Shown here in pieces: positions 29,107 through 37,636 of a stretch of 64,000 nt of DNA. Positions within the stretch are counted from its first letter, which is position 1; each line of letters starts with the position of its first letter. This stretch comes from Candidatus Zipacnadia bacterium. Lineage in GTDB: Bacteria > Armatimonadota > Zipacnadia > Zipacnadales > Zipacnadaceae. The notes under the pieces are model-generated. The model saw only the letters and a list, made by a program, of their open reading frames with translations, was not told where the DNA came from and did no database searches. The DNA lies in contig JALGUR010000001.1 in NCBI GenBank assembly GCA_029820565.1, forward strand, positions 17,218 through 81,217. Reading direction: 5' to 3'. The translations under genes were made by a program, and so were the position numbers.

Positions 29107-30228
29107 TCAACGTTTAGCGGCTCGCTCCTGGGCCGCGCTCTGGGCATCTTTCCGTTCCGCCTCAATGCGCCGCAGCATCTGGCGCATCTCGGTATAATTG
29201 CCTGCATAGAACATAGCATGTTCGGCACTGATTATGCCCTGTTTATACAACTCCAATAGGGCCTGGTTCATCGTTTGCATGCCCCAGTGAGCCCCTTCGT
29301 AAATAGCATCATACACCTCTGAGGGTTGGCCGTCTTCGATAAACTGTTGAATGGTGGGGGTAACAATCATAATCTCCATTGCCGCAACGCGGCCTGCCTC
29401 GCCCGTCCGCGGCACCAGTGACTGCGAGATAACCGCCGATAGGGAGCGGCTCAGCCGCATGCAAATCTGCTCTCGCTCATCCGGAGGGAACATATGGATA
29501 ATCCGCTCCATGGTCTCGGCTGCCGAGGTAGTATGGACCGTAGAGAAGACTAAGTGACCGGTCTCGGCCGCTAACATAGCTACATTAAAGGTTTCTACAT
29601 CCCGCATCTCGCCGATGAGGATAACGTCCGGACTCTGGCGCATAACGTACTTTAGAGCATCGGCAAAGGCTTCTGTGTCCAGGCCCACATTTCTCTGGCT
29701 GATGATAGAGTTCTTTTCCTGGTAGACATACTCAATGGGATCTTCAACGGTAACGATATGGGTACGCCGATTCTCATTTATGTGTTGTAACATCGCCGCG
29801 AGTGTAGTTGATTTACCGCAGCCGGTGGGCCCGGTTACCAACACCAACCCATGGGGTCTCATCGCTATATCCTTCAGCGATTCAGGCAAGCCCAACTCGT
29901 CAATAGTGAGCACTTGCAGCGGAATAATGCGCATAACTATCGCCACAGACCCTTGTTCGCGGTAAATATTTATTCGTAGGCGGCAAAAGTCACCCACTGT
30001 CAGACCAATGTCTTTTTCGGGATATTCTTCAAAGCGCTCCCAGGCCGACTGAGGCATTAGGGAGCGGGCCAGGTCTTCGGTGTCTTCCTCGCTGACCACC
30101 GGCCAACTCTCTACCGGTCTCACTACCCCCTGCAGACGCACATAAGGCACCATGCCGGGTTTCCAGAAGACATCTGAAGCCTTCTTTTCAGCGCTTTCAC
30201 TTATCAGTTCTTGCCAGTTGTCTATCAT
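29107..30228 (-). CDS. pilT: type IV pilus twitching motility ATPase PilT
   Basis: Walker A GPTGCGKSTT, IGEMRD and TGHLVFSTVHT motifs. 373 aa. Confidence 0.85.
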   Translation of the reverse strand: MIDNWQELISESAEKKASDVFWKPGMVPYVRLQGVVRPVESWPVVSEEDTEDLARSLMPQSAWERFEEYPEKDIGLTVGDFCRLRINIYREQGSVAIVMRIIPLQVLTIDELGLPESLKDIAMRPHGLVLVTGPTGCGKSTTLAAMLQHINENRRTHIVTVEDPIEYVYQEKNSIISQRNVGLDTEAFADALKYVMRQSPDVILIGEMRDVETFNVAMLAAETGHLVFSTVHTTSAAETMERIIHMFPPDEREQICMRLSRSLSAVISQSLVPRTGEAGRVAAMEIMIVTPTIQQFIEDGQPSEVYDAIYEGAHWGMQTMNQALLELYKQGIISAEHAMFYAGNYTEMRQMLRRIEAERKDAQSAAQERAAKR

Positions 30229-30337
30229 AGAGTTTCTCCCTATCCCCTTGTACTTGTCTGCAGCATCGCTGGCATCAAACCGCGCGCTGCTGATAACTCT
30301 ATTTCCTAACCAGTCACTGTTTCCCTTCTATATTAGC

Positions 30338-30370
30338 AAAAAAAGCTCAGAATAGCAAGGTACTCTGAGC
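30338..30370 (-). terminator. intrinsic terminator downstream of tRNA-Ala
   Basis: On the minus strand: GCTCAGA-12 nt loop-TCTGAGC hairpin followed by a T7 run (A-run 30338-30344 on the plus strand). Confidence 0.7.
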
Positions 30371-30391
30371 CTGCTGAGGATTATTAGGTAA

Positions 30392-30466
30392 TGGTGGAGC
30401 TGGCGGGATTCGAACCCGCGACCTCCTCCATGCCAAGGAGGCGCGCTCCCACTGCGCCACAGCCCC
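30392..30466 (-). tRNA. tRNA-Ala (anticodon GGC)
   Basis: 75-nt cloverleaf folded by hand. Acceptor GGGGCTG/CAGCTCC with the G3:U70 Ala identity pair, anticodon loop TTGGCAT, T-loop TTCGAAT, encoded CCA. Confidence 0.95.
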
Positions 30467-30480
30467 ACGTCACTATAAGT

Positions 30481-30509
30481 AGTATACCAAAAGCGGCTCA
30501 GTTCGTCAA
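30481..30509 (-). promoter_or_regulatory. sigma70-type promoter for tRNA-Ala
   Basis: Minus strand: TTGACG, 17 nt spacer, TATACT. The -10 box ends 14 nt upstream of the mature 5' end. Confidence 0.65.
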
Positions 30510-30541
30510 GCCGTGATTATCCGTGAATAGTGCGGTTGGAT

Positions 30542-30571
30542 TTGCATTAATGGCGAAACTTGTGGTAAAAT
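30542..30571 (+). promoter_or_regulatory. candidate promoter giving a leaderless nadD mRNA
   Basis: TTGCAT, 18 nt spacer, TGgTAAAAT (extended -10). The nadD ATG (30579) starts 8 nt after the -10 box with no SD. Confidence 0.45.
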
Positions 30572-30578
30572 ATCAGTA

Positions 30579-31211
30579 ATGCGACCGGAGGATACGCCAA
30601 CTGAAGCCAGCAAGCGGGTTGGACTGGTGGGGGGTACGTTTGACCCCATCCATTACGGCCATTTACTGGTGGCCGAGGAGGCGCGCCAACAGTATCAACT
30701 CGGTGAAGTAATATTTGTGCCCAATGGCACTCCTCCTCATAAGAAAGACTATGAGGTCAGTCCCGCTGAGGACCGCTATGCGATGGCGCTTTTGGCTACG
30801 GTTGGCAATCCCTACTTTTCGGTCTCCCGGGAAGAGATCGAGCGCCCTGGGCCCTCTTATTCCATTGATACAATTCGGGCGTTTCAGCAACAATTAGGTT
30901 CGCAGGTTCAACTCTATTTTATCACGGGTGCCGATGCCGTTCTGGAGATACTCACCTGGCACCAACCCGGGGCCATTGTAGCCGAATGCCAGATCATTGC
31001 CGCCCACCGACCGGGCTTTGATTTACAAAAGATGACCGCAGTATTGGGACCAGATCTGGCCAGTAAGGTGGAAATGCTGGCTATGCCCGCGGTGGACATC
31101 TCTTCGACGCAAATTCGCGAGCGTGTAGTCCAGGGCCAGGGCATTCGCTATCTTACCCCGCCAGCGGTCGGGAAGTACATTAGTAAGTCTGGTCAGTATA
31201 ACAAGTCGTAG
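30579..31211 (+). CDS. nadD: nicotinate-nucleotide adenylyltransferase
   Basis: GGTFDPIHYGHL nucleotidyltransferase motif and typical length (210 aa). Confidence 0.9.
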   Translation: MRPEDTPTEASKRVGLVGGTFDPIHYGHLLVAEEARQQYQLGEVIFVPNGTPPHKKDYEVSPAEDRYAMALLATVGNPYFSVSREEIERPGPSYSIDTIRAFQQQLGSQVQLYFITGADAVLEILTWHQPGAIVAECQIIAAHRPGFDLQKMTAVLGPDLASKVEMLAMPAVDISSTQIRERVVQGQGIRYLTPPAVGKYISKSGQYNKS

Positions 31212-31252
31212 ATTCAGGTCGCTGTGGTCCTAACCGAAGGGAAGAAAGACAT

Positions 31253-32482
31253 ATGAGGCCGAAAGCACCGGGCCGGGCTATAGATACTGTGTTATATTGT
31301 CTGGCCGCGGTGATTATTGGCGTGGGAGTGGCGGGAGTTGTAGATACCATCAGCCATCCGGGTATTCCGTCCACAACTCGGACCGGCAGCCCGGATACTT
31401 CCCTGTTTAGCCAAGTCACCGACCCCTTTGCCGGAGTTCATCGTCTGCACATCCTGATTTTGGGGGCTGATGATATGGCGGAGGCCCAGGGGCGCTCCGA
31501 CGCCATAATGGTGCTGTTTCTCAATCCTGAGCGCAAACGAGCGGCACTGTTGTCCATACCTCGGGACTTGCGCACCGAGATCCCCGGTCACGGCCTGGAT
31601 AAGATAAACCACGCGTATCACTTCGGCGGCGTGGAACTCACCCGGGAAACCGTCGAGAGACTGTTGGGGCTCACTATTGACTACTACGCGAAGGCAGACT
31701 TTCAGGCTTTTGAGAAGATTGTGGATACGCTCGGGGGCGTAGAGATAGACGTACCCAAAAGGATGTACAAGAAGACCTATTACGGCACTATTAATCTGCA
31801 GCCGGGCCCGCAGCATTTAGACGGCAAAGGAGCGCTCCAATTTGTCCGCTACCGCAATGACAGTGACTTCAAGCGGGCCGAGCGCCAGCAGCAACTGCTG
31901 CGGGCTATAATACAACAGAAATTGCGACTAACTAACCTGCCCCGGTTGATCAAGGTGGCAGGTGTGTTGAGCAAGGCCATTGATACAGATATGGAATGGT
32001 CTGCGGTCGCAGCACTGGTCACAATCCTGAAAGATCTGGACCCCTCAGAGATTATGACGGCAGTGGTGCCAGGAGATAGTTGCTATATCAACGGCATCTC
32101 TTACGTCGAACTCAGGGAGCGTCGGTTTTTTGAGATGATGGATGAGATTGATGACCATATTAGCCAGTCAGGCGGTCACCCGATCACCGTGGAAGTACTG
32201 AACGGTTTCGGGCAGCCAGGGGCCGCTGCTGCAGCCGGTGAATTGCTGACTAAGGCCGGCTTTGAGGTTACCACCACTGGCAATGCTGATTGTTTTACCT
32301 ATGAGCGTACTGTTATAGAATATAGCCATAAGTCAGTAGGCCAAGCCAATGAGGCCAAAGACATACTTCAGGTGAATAGCGCCGAGTTGGTCGAAAAGAG
32401 GTCCACAGATAGTTGGGAGGCACCTGAAATAGTAGTTGTCCTCGGCCAGGACTTTAAGGACACAGGAGGGGCTGTCCAGTAA
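31253..32482 (+). CDS. LytR-CpsA-Psr (LCP) family protein with LytR_C-like C-terminal domain
   Basis: N-terminal TM. LCP core ILILGADD...GRSDAIMVLFLNP...LLSIPRDL...DKINHAYHFGG. Confidence 0.8.
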   Translation: MRPKAPGRAIDTVLYCLAAVIIGVGVAGVVDTISHPGIPSTTRTGSPDTSLFSQVTDPFAGVHRLHILILGADDMAEAQGRSDAIMVLFLNPERKRAALLSIPRDLRTEIPGHGLDKINHAYHFGGVELTRETVERLLGLTIDYYAKADFQAFEKIVDTLGGVEIDVPKRMYKKTYYGTINLQPGPQHLDGKGALQFVRYRNDSDFKRAERQQQLLRAIIQQKLRLTNLPRLIKVAGVLSKAIDTDMEWSAVAALVTILKDLDPSEIMTAVVPGDSCYINGISYVELRERRFFEMMDEIDDHISQSGGHPITVEVLNGFGQPGAAAAAGELLTKAGFEVTTTGNADCFTYERTVIEYSHKSVGQANEAKDILQVNSAELVEKRSTDSWEAPEIVVVLGQDFKDTGGAVQ

Positions 32483-32532
32483 CCATCTTACGAAATTCGT
32501 TCTACTCTTAGTCCCGAAGGGAGCCATTTGGT

Positions 32533-32907
32533 TTGGCTGAAAACTCACGCGAGCGTGCCCTGATGATTGCTCAAGCCGCTGCAGAGCGCCGTGCCCAGGA
32601 TGTGGTAGTGATGGATATGAGACCACTGATGACATTCTGTGATTATTTTGTGATAACCCATGGTCGCTCTCCGGCCCATATTGACGCGATTACCGAAAGC
32701 ATCGAGGAGCGGATGGAGCAGCATCAGATAAGATTCCACCACCGCGAAGGCAGATCGGCGGCGCAGTGGGTGTTATTAGACTATTTGAGCGTGGTAGTTC
32801 ACATATTCAGTGAAGAGACACGACATTTTTATGACTTAGAGCGTCTGTGGGCCGATGCTCCCAGGGTCCAGCAGCCCACTGCCGCTTGTCCGGAGCCGTC
32901 ACCTTAA
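32533..32907 (+). CDS. rsfS: ribosome silencing factor RsfS
   Basis: DVVVMDM...CDYFVITHGRS motif. TTG start after a GAAGGGAG SD (an alternative ATG lies at 32563). Confidence 0.85.
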   Translation: MAENSRERALMIAQAAAERRAQDVVVMDMRPLMTFCDYFVITHGRSPAHIDAITESIEERMEQHQIRFHHREGRSAAQWVLLDYLSVVVHIFSEETRHFYDLERLWADAPRVQQPTAACPEPSP

Positions 32908-32917
32908 TCTGAGTTGC

Positions 32918-33622
32918 ATGCACTACAACTGGTGGGGAAATTCTGTGGCGACCTCTGACCAACTTGATGATCTGGAAATAGAAGACCTGTACGACAAAGC
33001 CCAGCGCAGCCTGCATTACGGACGCCTGGATGAGGCTAAGGACTGCGCCCAAAGAATCCTACAGGGGGCACCGGACAGTACCAGTGCTCATGAACTGTGG
33101 GGAGATGTATTGCTGGCTTCCGGGGATAAGCAAGGGGCCGCCGAGGAATTTCAGCGAGCAATGGAACTGGAGCCGGCTAATGCCGATGCCGAACGAAAGT
33201 ACGGGATGGTGCTGGTCCAATTGCAGCAGGCTGTCGAGCAGCGTCAGACTCTGGAGAGCGGTGATTTGAGCCGCTTTCGCGGAGCCGCCAATAAAGACCC
33301 CAGTGTAGCTGCAGGCCGCTCAGCGCTATTCCCGGGAATGGGCCAGTTGTACAACGGTGAATATGAAAAAGGTGTCGTCCTCGCCGTCCTGGCTCTGCTG
33401 CTGCTCATCCCCGCGGTAGATGGTGTTTGCAAAGCTGCTCAATGGCTGATGGGAAGGGCGCCTATTTCGCTAATCTCCGCTCTTCTCGCCGGGCTGGGTG
33501 TCATCGCCTATATGCTGGTGTGGGCGTATGGCATTTATGACGCCTATCACAGCGGGCGGCGCATCGCCGCCGAGCAGGACCAGATAGGAGCCCAAGTACC
33601 GCCCAAGGAGGTAGAGGAGTAA
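32918..33622 (+). CDS. TPR-repeat protein with C-terminal TM helices
   Basis: TPR-like helices (GRLDEAKDCAQRIL, GDKQGAAEEFQRAMELEP) followed by two hydrophobic helices. Start set at ATG 32918 to avoid overlapping rsfS, and is uncertain. Confidence 0.55.
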   Translation: MHYNWWGNSVATSDQLDDLEIEDLYDKAQRSLHYGRLDEAKDCAQRILQGAPDSTSAHELWGDVLLASGDKQGAAEEFQRAMELEPANADAERKYGMVLVQLQQAVEQRQTLESGDLSRFRGAANKDPSVAAGRSALFPGMGQLYNGEYEKGVVLAVLALLLLIPAVDGVCKAAQWLMGRAPISLISALLAGLGVIAYMLVWAYGIYDAYHSGRRIAAEQDQIGAQVPPKEVEE

Positions 33623-33625
33623 AAC

Positions 33626-35992
33626 TTGCCTTCTTCAGGCCAGCAACCCACCCCCAGTGAATTGCTCACAAAAGTCCTGGTCCTGGAACTGGAGCAGGGC
33701 TGCACCAATAAAGCGGCCATAGGGGGTCTGGAGAGTCTGGTAGATACCTGGCGCAGTCAATTCCTTGCCTCGGCTGATGAGTCAACTGCGACTGACCTGC
33801 AGGGGCTGATTGACCGCTTTGCCGGCTACGATGAATTGGCCGCTACTGACCGCCGCCAGCTCGTTAAGCAGATGCTCCAGAAGATACCGGCGGCTGCGGC
33901 TTGTGCCGACCACCCTGAATCAACCTCTGACGACGAACTTCATTGGGATACTCCAGTGACCAGCCTGGACGGGGTAGGTCCCACGCGGGCCCGGATACTA
34001 AGCAATTTAGCCATCTATACAATCGGTGACTTACTTCTGCACTGTCCTATTCGCTACGAGGACCGCAGCCAATTGACTCCCCTGGCGGACGCCAAGCATC
34101 GCGAAACTGCCACTGTGCGTGTACGGGTGACTGGACCGGGGCGTGCGGTCAGGGCTAAGCGGATCAAGTTCGCCCAGGTGCCCGTAGCCGATGATACGGC
34201 GGCAGGCAAACTATTCTGGTTCAATCAAACCTTTCGTGCCAATCTCTACCCGCCAGGCACCGAAATGATAGCCACTGGCAAAGTCCGCATCCAAAAAGGC
34301 AAAGTTTCACTGGCGGTTACTGAAGAGGAAGTCCTGGACGAAGGGGAGATTATCCATAGTGGCCGGCTGGTGCCTATGTACCCGTTGACGCAGGGAATCT
34401 CGGCAGTAATGATACGGAAACTCATTCATCAGGCGCTACAGCATTGCCCACAAATCCCGCTCGGAGCGGTGCCCCCATCGCTACAAACAGCGCGCAAGTT
34501 GCCTCCTTTGGAGGAGGCTGTCAGAGAAGTCCACTTTCCTGAAACTAAAGCAGGGGCGCAGCGGGCCCGCCGCCGGTTGGCCTACGAAGAACTGTTCACC
34601 TTGCAGGCAGCCCTGGCGCAGCGCCGGCGTCGGATAAAGCGACCAACTAAACGCGCCACCATACCCACTGACGGCATAGACGAGCAACTGCAACAGGGAC
34701 TTGCCTTTGAACTGACCGACGCCCAGCGACGCACAATTAGCCAGGTACTGGGCGACCTGGCCGCCCCCGAGCCGGCTCATCGGTTGATACATGGCGACGT
34801 GGGATCAGGTAAGACAGTAGTAGCGGCCGCAGCAGTGTTAGCCGCAGTGCAGCAGGGGCGACAGGCGGCTATGATGGCCCCTACCGAAATCCTGGCTGAG
34901 CAGGACTGGGCAGTATTAAGTGACATTCTGGCCGGACTTGGTCTGCAGCCGGCGCTGCTGGTCGGTAGCCGGTCCGAGGATGCCAAGACCCAAATACGAC
35001 AGCAGTTGGCTACTGGGGAATTGAAGCTGGTGGTAGGCACGCATGCCCTTTTTCAGCAGAGTGTAGAATTTGCTGACCTGGCGGTGGTCGTGATAGATGA
35101 GCAGCATCGCTTTGGCGTCGCTCAGCGGGCCCGTATGGCTGGTAAAGGGAAGCATACCAATATCCTGGTGATGTCGGCTACTCCCATACCACGGACGCTG
35201 GCCCTAACCGCCTACGGAGACTTTGACATATCGGTGTTGGATGAATTGCCCCCGGGACGCAAGCCAGTTCACACCCAGGTAATCATCGGCGACAACCACG
35301 AGGGCGCTTACAAATCTATCATCGCCAACGCGAAGAAAGGGCGCCAGGCATACATAGTCTGCCCGGTAATCCAGGAGAGTAAGCAACAGTACTTGACCGC
35401 TGCTGAGCAACTATTCCAGCGGTTGAAGAACCACATTTTCCCTACGCTGCGATTGGGGCTGGTTCACGGGCAGATGCCTGCCGACCAGCGTGAGACCACT
35501 ATGGAAGCGTTCCGCGAGGGTAATCTGGATGTGCTGGTGGCTACCAGTGTCATTGAGGTGGGAGTAGACGTTCCCAATGCGGTGGTGATGATGGTAGAAA
35601 ATGCCGAGCGCTTTGGCCTGTCTCAACTTCATCAACTGCGGGGAAGAGTGGGGCGCAGCCACCACCAAGCCTACTGTCTGCTGCTGACTACTTCTCGTAC
35701 CCCTGAAGTTATTGACCGGCTCAAGGCCCTGGAGAGAACTACAGACGGTTTTGAGATTGCCCGCGAAGACCTGCGCCGCCGCGGTCCCGGCGAACTGACG
35801 GGCACCCGCCAGCACGGGCTGCCCGACGTGAGGATGGCGGATCTAATGGCTGACACGGCGACCTTGGCTGAGGCGCGCGAAGACGCCTTTGCTCTGATTG
35901 CGGCTGATCCACAACTACAGCAACCCGAACACCAACCTCTGCAGCGGCGACTCCAGCAACTATCCCGACAGAATCAGGCCTGGACACTATGA
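33626..35992 (+). CDS. recG: ATP-dependent DNA helicase RecG
   Basis: Helicase motifs GDVGSGKTVVA, DEQHRFGV, SATPIPRT and QLRGRVGR. TTG start after a GAGGAG SD, with a long N-terminal extension. Confidence 0.9.
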   Translation: MPSSGQQPTPSELLTKVLVLELEQGCTNKAAIGGLESLVDTWRSQFLASADESTATDLQGLIDRFAGYDELAATDRRQLVKQMLQKIPAAAACADHPESTSDDELHWDTPVTSLDGVGPTRARILSNLAIYTIGDLLLHCPIRYEDRSQLTPLADAKHRETATVRVRVTGPGRAVRAKRIKFAQVPVADDTAAGKLFWFNQTFRANLYPPGTEMIATGKVRIQKGKVSLAVTEEEVLDEGEIIHSGRLVPMYPLTQGISAVMIRKLIHQALQHCPQIPLGAVPPSLQTARKLPPLEEAVREVHFPETKAGAQRARRRLAYEELFTLQAALAQRRRRIKRPTKRATIPTDGIDEQLQQGLAFELTDAQRRTISQVLGDLAAPEPAHRLIHGDVGSGKTVVAAAAVLAAVQQGRQAAMMAPTEILAEQDWAVLSDILAGLGLQPALLVGSRSEDAKTQIRQQLATGELKLVVGTHALFQQSVEFADLAVVVIDEQHRFGVAQRARMAGKGKHTNILVMSATPIPRTLALTAYGDFDISVLDELPPGRKPVHTQVIIGDNHEGAYKSIIANAKKGRQAYIVCPVIQESKQQYLTAAEQLFQRLKNHIFPTLRLGLVHGQMPADQRETTMEAFREGNLDVLVATSVIEVGVDVPNAVVMMVENAERFGLSQLHQLRGRVGRSHHQAYCLLLTTSRTPEVIDRLKALERTTDGFEIAREDLRRRGPGELTGTRQHGLPDVRMADLMADTATLAEAREDAFALIAADPQLQQPEHQPLQRRLQQLSRQNQAWTL

Positions 35993-36576
35993 AGAGAAAA
36001 ATGCGGGTAATAGCCGGCCGAGCAAGGTCACTGTCCTTGGTCGTGCCTGGCGGTGTGGCTATCAGACCAACTACTGATGCAATGCGCGAGTCGTTGTTTG
36101 CCAGCCTGGGGTCAGCGCTGGAAGGGGCCAATTTCGCCGACTTATATGCGGGCAGCGGCGCGGTGGGCATCGAGGCCCTCAGCCGTGGCGCCCGGCAAGC
36201 GGTATTTGTAGAAAATAATCCCCGCTGTCTGGAGGACATCAAGGTCAATTTGGAGAATACTAATTTGGCCCGGCAGGCAGTAGTGGTAAGTGGGCAGGTC
36301 CTGAAACGTTGGCTGCATATAGCCGCCCAACACGGTCCCTTTGATATTGTATTTGTTGATCCGCCTTACCGTAGCGCTGATTTGTCGACGATTGGCAGGC
36401 GGCTGATTGTCCAGGGCCAGGGAATGGCTGACCAAGGCTTGGTCATAGTCCAACACGACCGCAGCGAACCACTGGTCACATCCTGCTCGCCGGAGCAGAC
36501 TAAGTTGTTCGGGCAGACACAGATAGACTTGTTCACCGTTGATTCGGATACACAAAAGGAGAACGGCAGTGAGTGA
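35989..36576 (+). CDS. rsmD: 16S rRNA (guanine966-N2)-methyltransferase RsmD
   Basis: MRVIAGR...RPTTD...DLYAGSGAVGIEALSRGA...VDPPY motifs. ATGA overlap with recG (an alternative ATG lies at 36001). Confidence 0.85.
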   Translation: MKRKMRVIAGRARSLSLVVPGGVAIRPTTDAMRESLFASLGSALEGANFADLYAGSGAVGIEALSRGARQAVFVENNPRCLEDIKVNLENTNLARQAVVVSGQVLKRWLHIAAQHGPFDIVFVDPPYRSADLSTIGRRLIVQGQGMADQGLVIVQHDRSEPLVTSCSPEQTKLFGQTQIDLFTVDSDTQKENGSE

Positions 36577-37075
36577 TGAATCATTAGAGCATATTGCGTT
36601 GTGCCCGGGCAGCTTTGACCCTATTACCGAGGGCCACCTGGACATTATCCGGCGGGCTAGCAAAATGTTCGGCAAGGTCATAGTGGCTGTGAGCGCCGAG
36701 GCCGGTAAACAGGCGCTGTTTTCTATCGCCGAGCGGGTGGAGATGGCCACCGAGGCCTGTCACAGTATCTCCAACACAGAAGTAGACAGTTTCAGCGGAT
36801 TAGTAGTAGAATATGCCCGGAAACGCGGTGCGGTGGCCTTAGTAAAGGGACTACGGGCTGTGTCAGATTTTGAGCGCGAGGTGCAGATGGCATTAATGAA
36901 CCGGCGTTTGGCGCCTGAGGTGTATACTGTGTTCTTAGTTACCCATCCGGACTATGCATTTCTAAGTTCCAGTCTGGTAAAGGAGATCGCTTCGTTGGGT
37001 GGAGATGTGGAAGCGCTTGTACCGGCCTCAGTACTACGACGCCTGCGCTCCAAGCAGGACAATTGTGGCACCTAG
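36569..37075 (+). CDS. coaD: pantetheine-phosphate adenylyltransferase
   Basis: PGSFDPITEGHLDII motif. GTG start at 36569 after a GGAGAA SD, 8-nt overlap with rsmD. Confidence 0.9.
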   Translation: MSDESLEHIALCPGSFDPITEGHLDIIRRASKMFGKVIVAVSAEAGKQALFSIAERVEMATEACHSISNTEVDSFSGLVVEYARKRGAVALVKGLRAVSDFEREVQMALMNRRLAPEVYTVFLVTHPDYAFLSSSLVKEIASLGGDVEALVPASVLRRLRSKQDNCGT

Positions 37076-37099
37076 GCTGACTATAAGGGAGGGCAATCA

Positions 37100-37603
37100 A
37101 TGGAAATTCTCGGTCTATTAGAAGAATTGGAAGTAATGGGCGAGCAGGGGGAGAAGTGGTATACTCGCGTCATTCCCGGTTTCATCGGCAAAACAGTCCT
37201 GGATGCCGAAGAATTCTTCGCAATGCTGCATCAACTGCGCTCCAGTCTACCTGAAGAAATGACGACAGCAAGTGAAGTGACCCGGGAACGCGAACGGATC
37301 CTGCGGGAGGCGCGTGAGGAGCGAGCCAATATCCTCCAGGCGGCCCGCCAGCAGGCCCAACTGCTGGTCTCCAGTGATGAGGTGATCAAGCAGGCTGAGC
37401 AGCGCGCTGAAGAAATGCTTGACCAGGCTCACATTGATGGGGAAGCGATAAGGGCGGAAGCCGAAACCTGGGCGCGGGGCATTGTCGAGCGGCTGGAGAA
37501 TTATGTCGGCCGAATTTCAGCCACAATTGACAAGACCAGAAAGGCGTTGATAACTGAAACCACTACCCGGCGGACTCAGCCCCCACCGCTGGAGGAGGAG
37601 TGA
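37100..37603 (+). CDS. coiled-coil protein (ATP-synthase b/E-like helical protein, function unknown)
   Basis: 167 aa with an AGGGAGGG SD. Highly charged heptad-like sequence (REAREERANILQAARQQAQ...). Confidence 0.55.
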   Translation: MEILGLLEELEVMGEQGEKWYTRVIPGFIGKTVLDAEEFFAMLHQLRSSLPEEMTTASEVTRERERILREAREERANILQAARQQAQLLVSSDEVIKQAEQRAEEMLDQAHIDGEAIRAEAETWARGIVERLENYVGRISATIDKTRKALITETTTRRTQPPPLEEE

Positions 37604-37636
37604 TTGCCCCCAGCAGTTACGCGGGAGAATTGACAA

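Noticed and set aside
36142-36750. 202-aa minus-strand ORF
   Set aside because: It is antisense to rsmD and coaD, both of which carry unambiguous family motifs.
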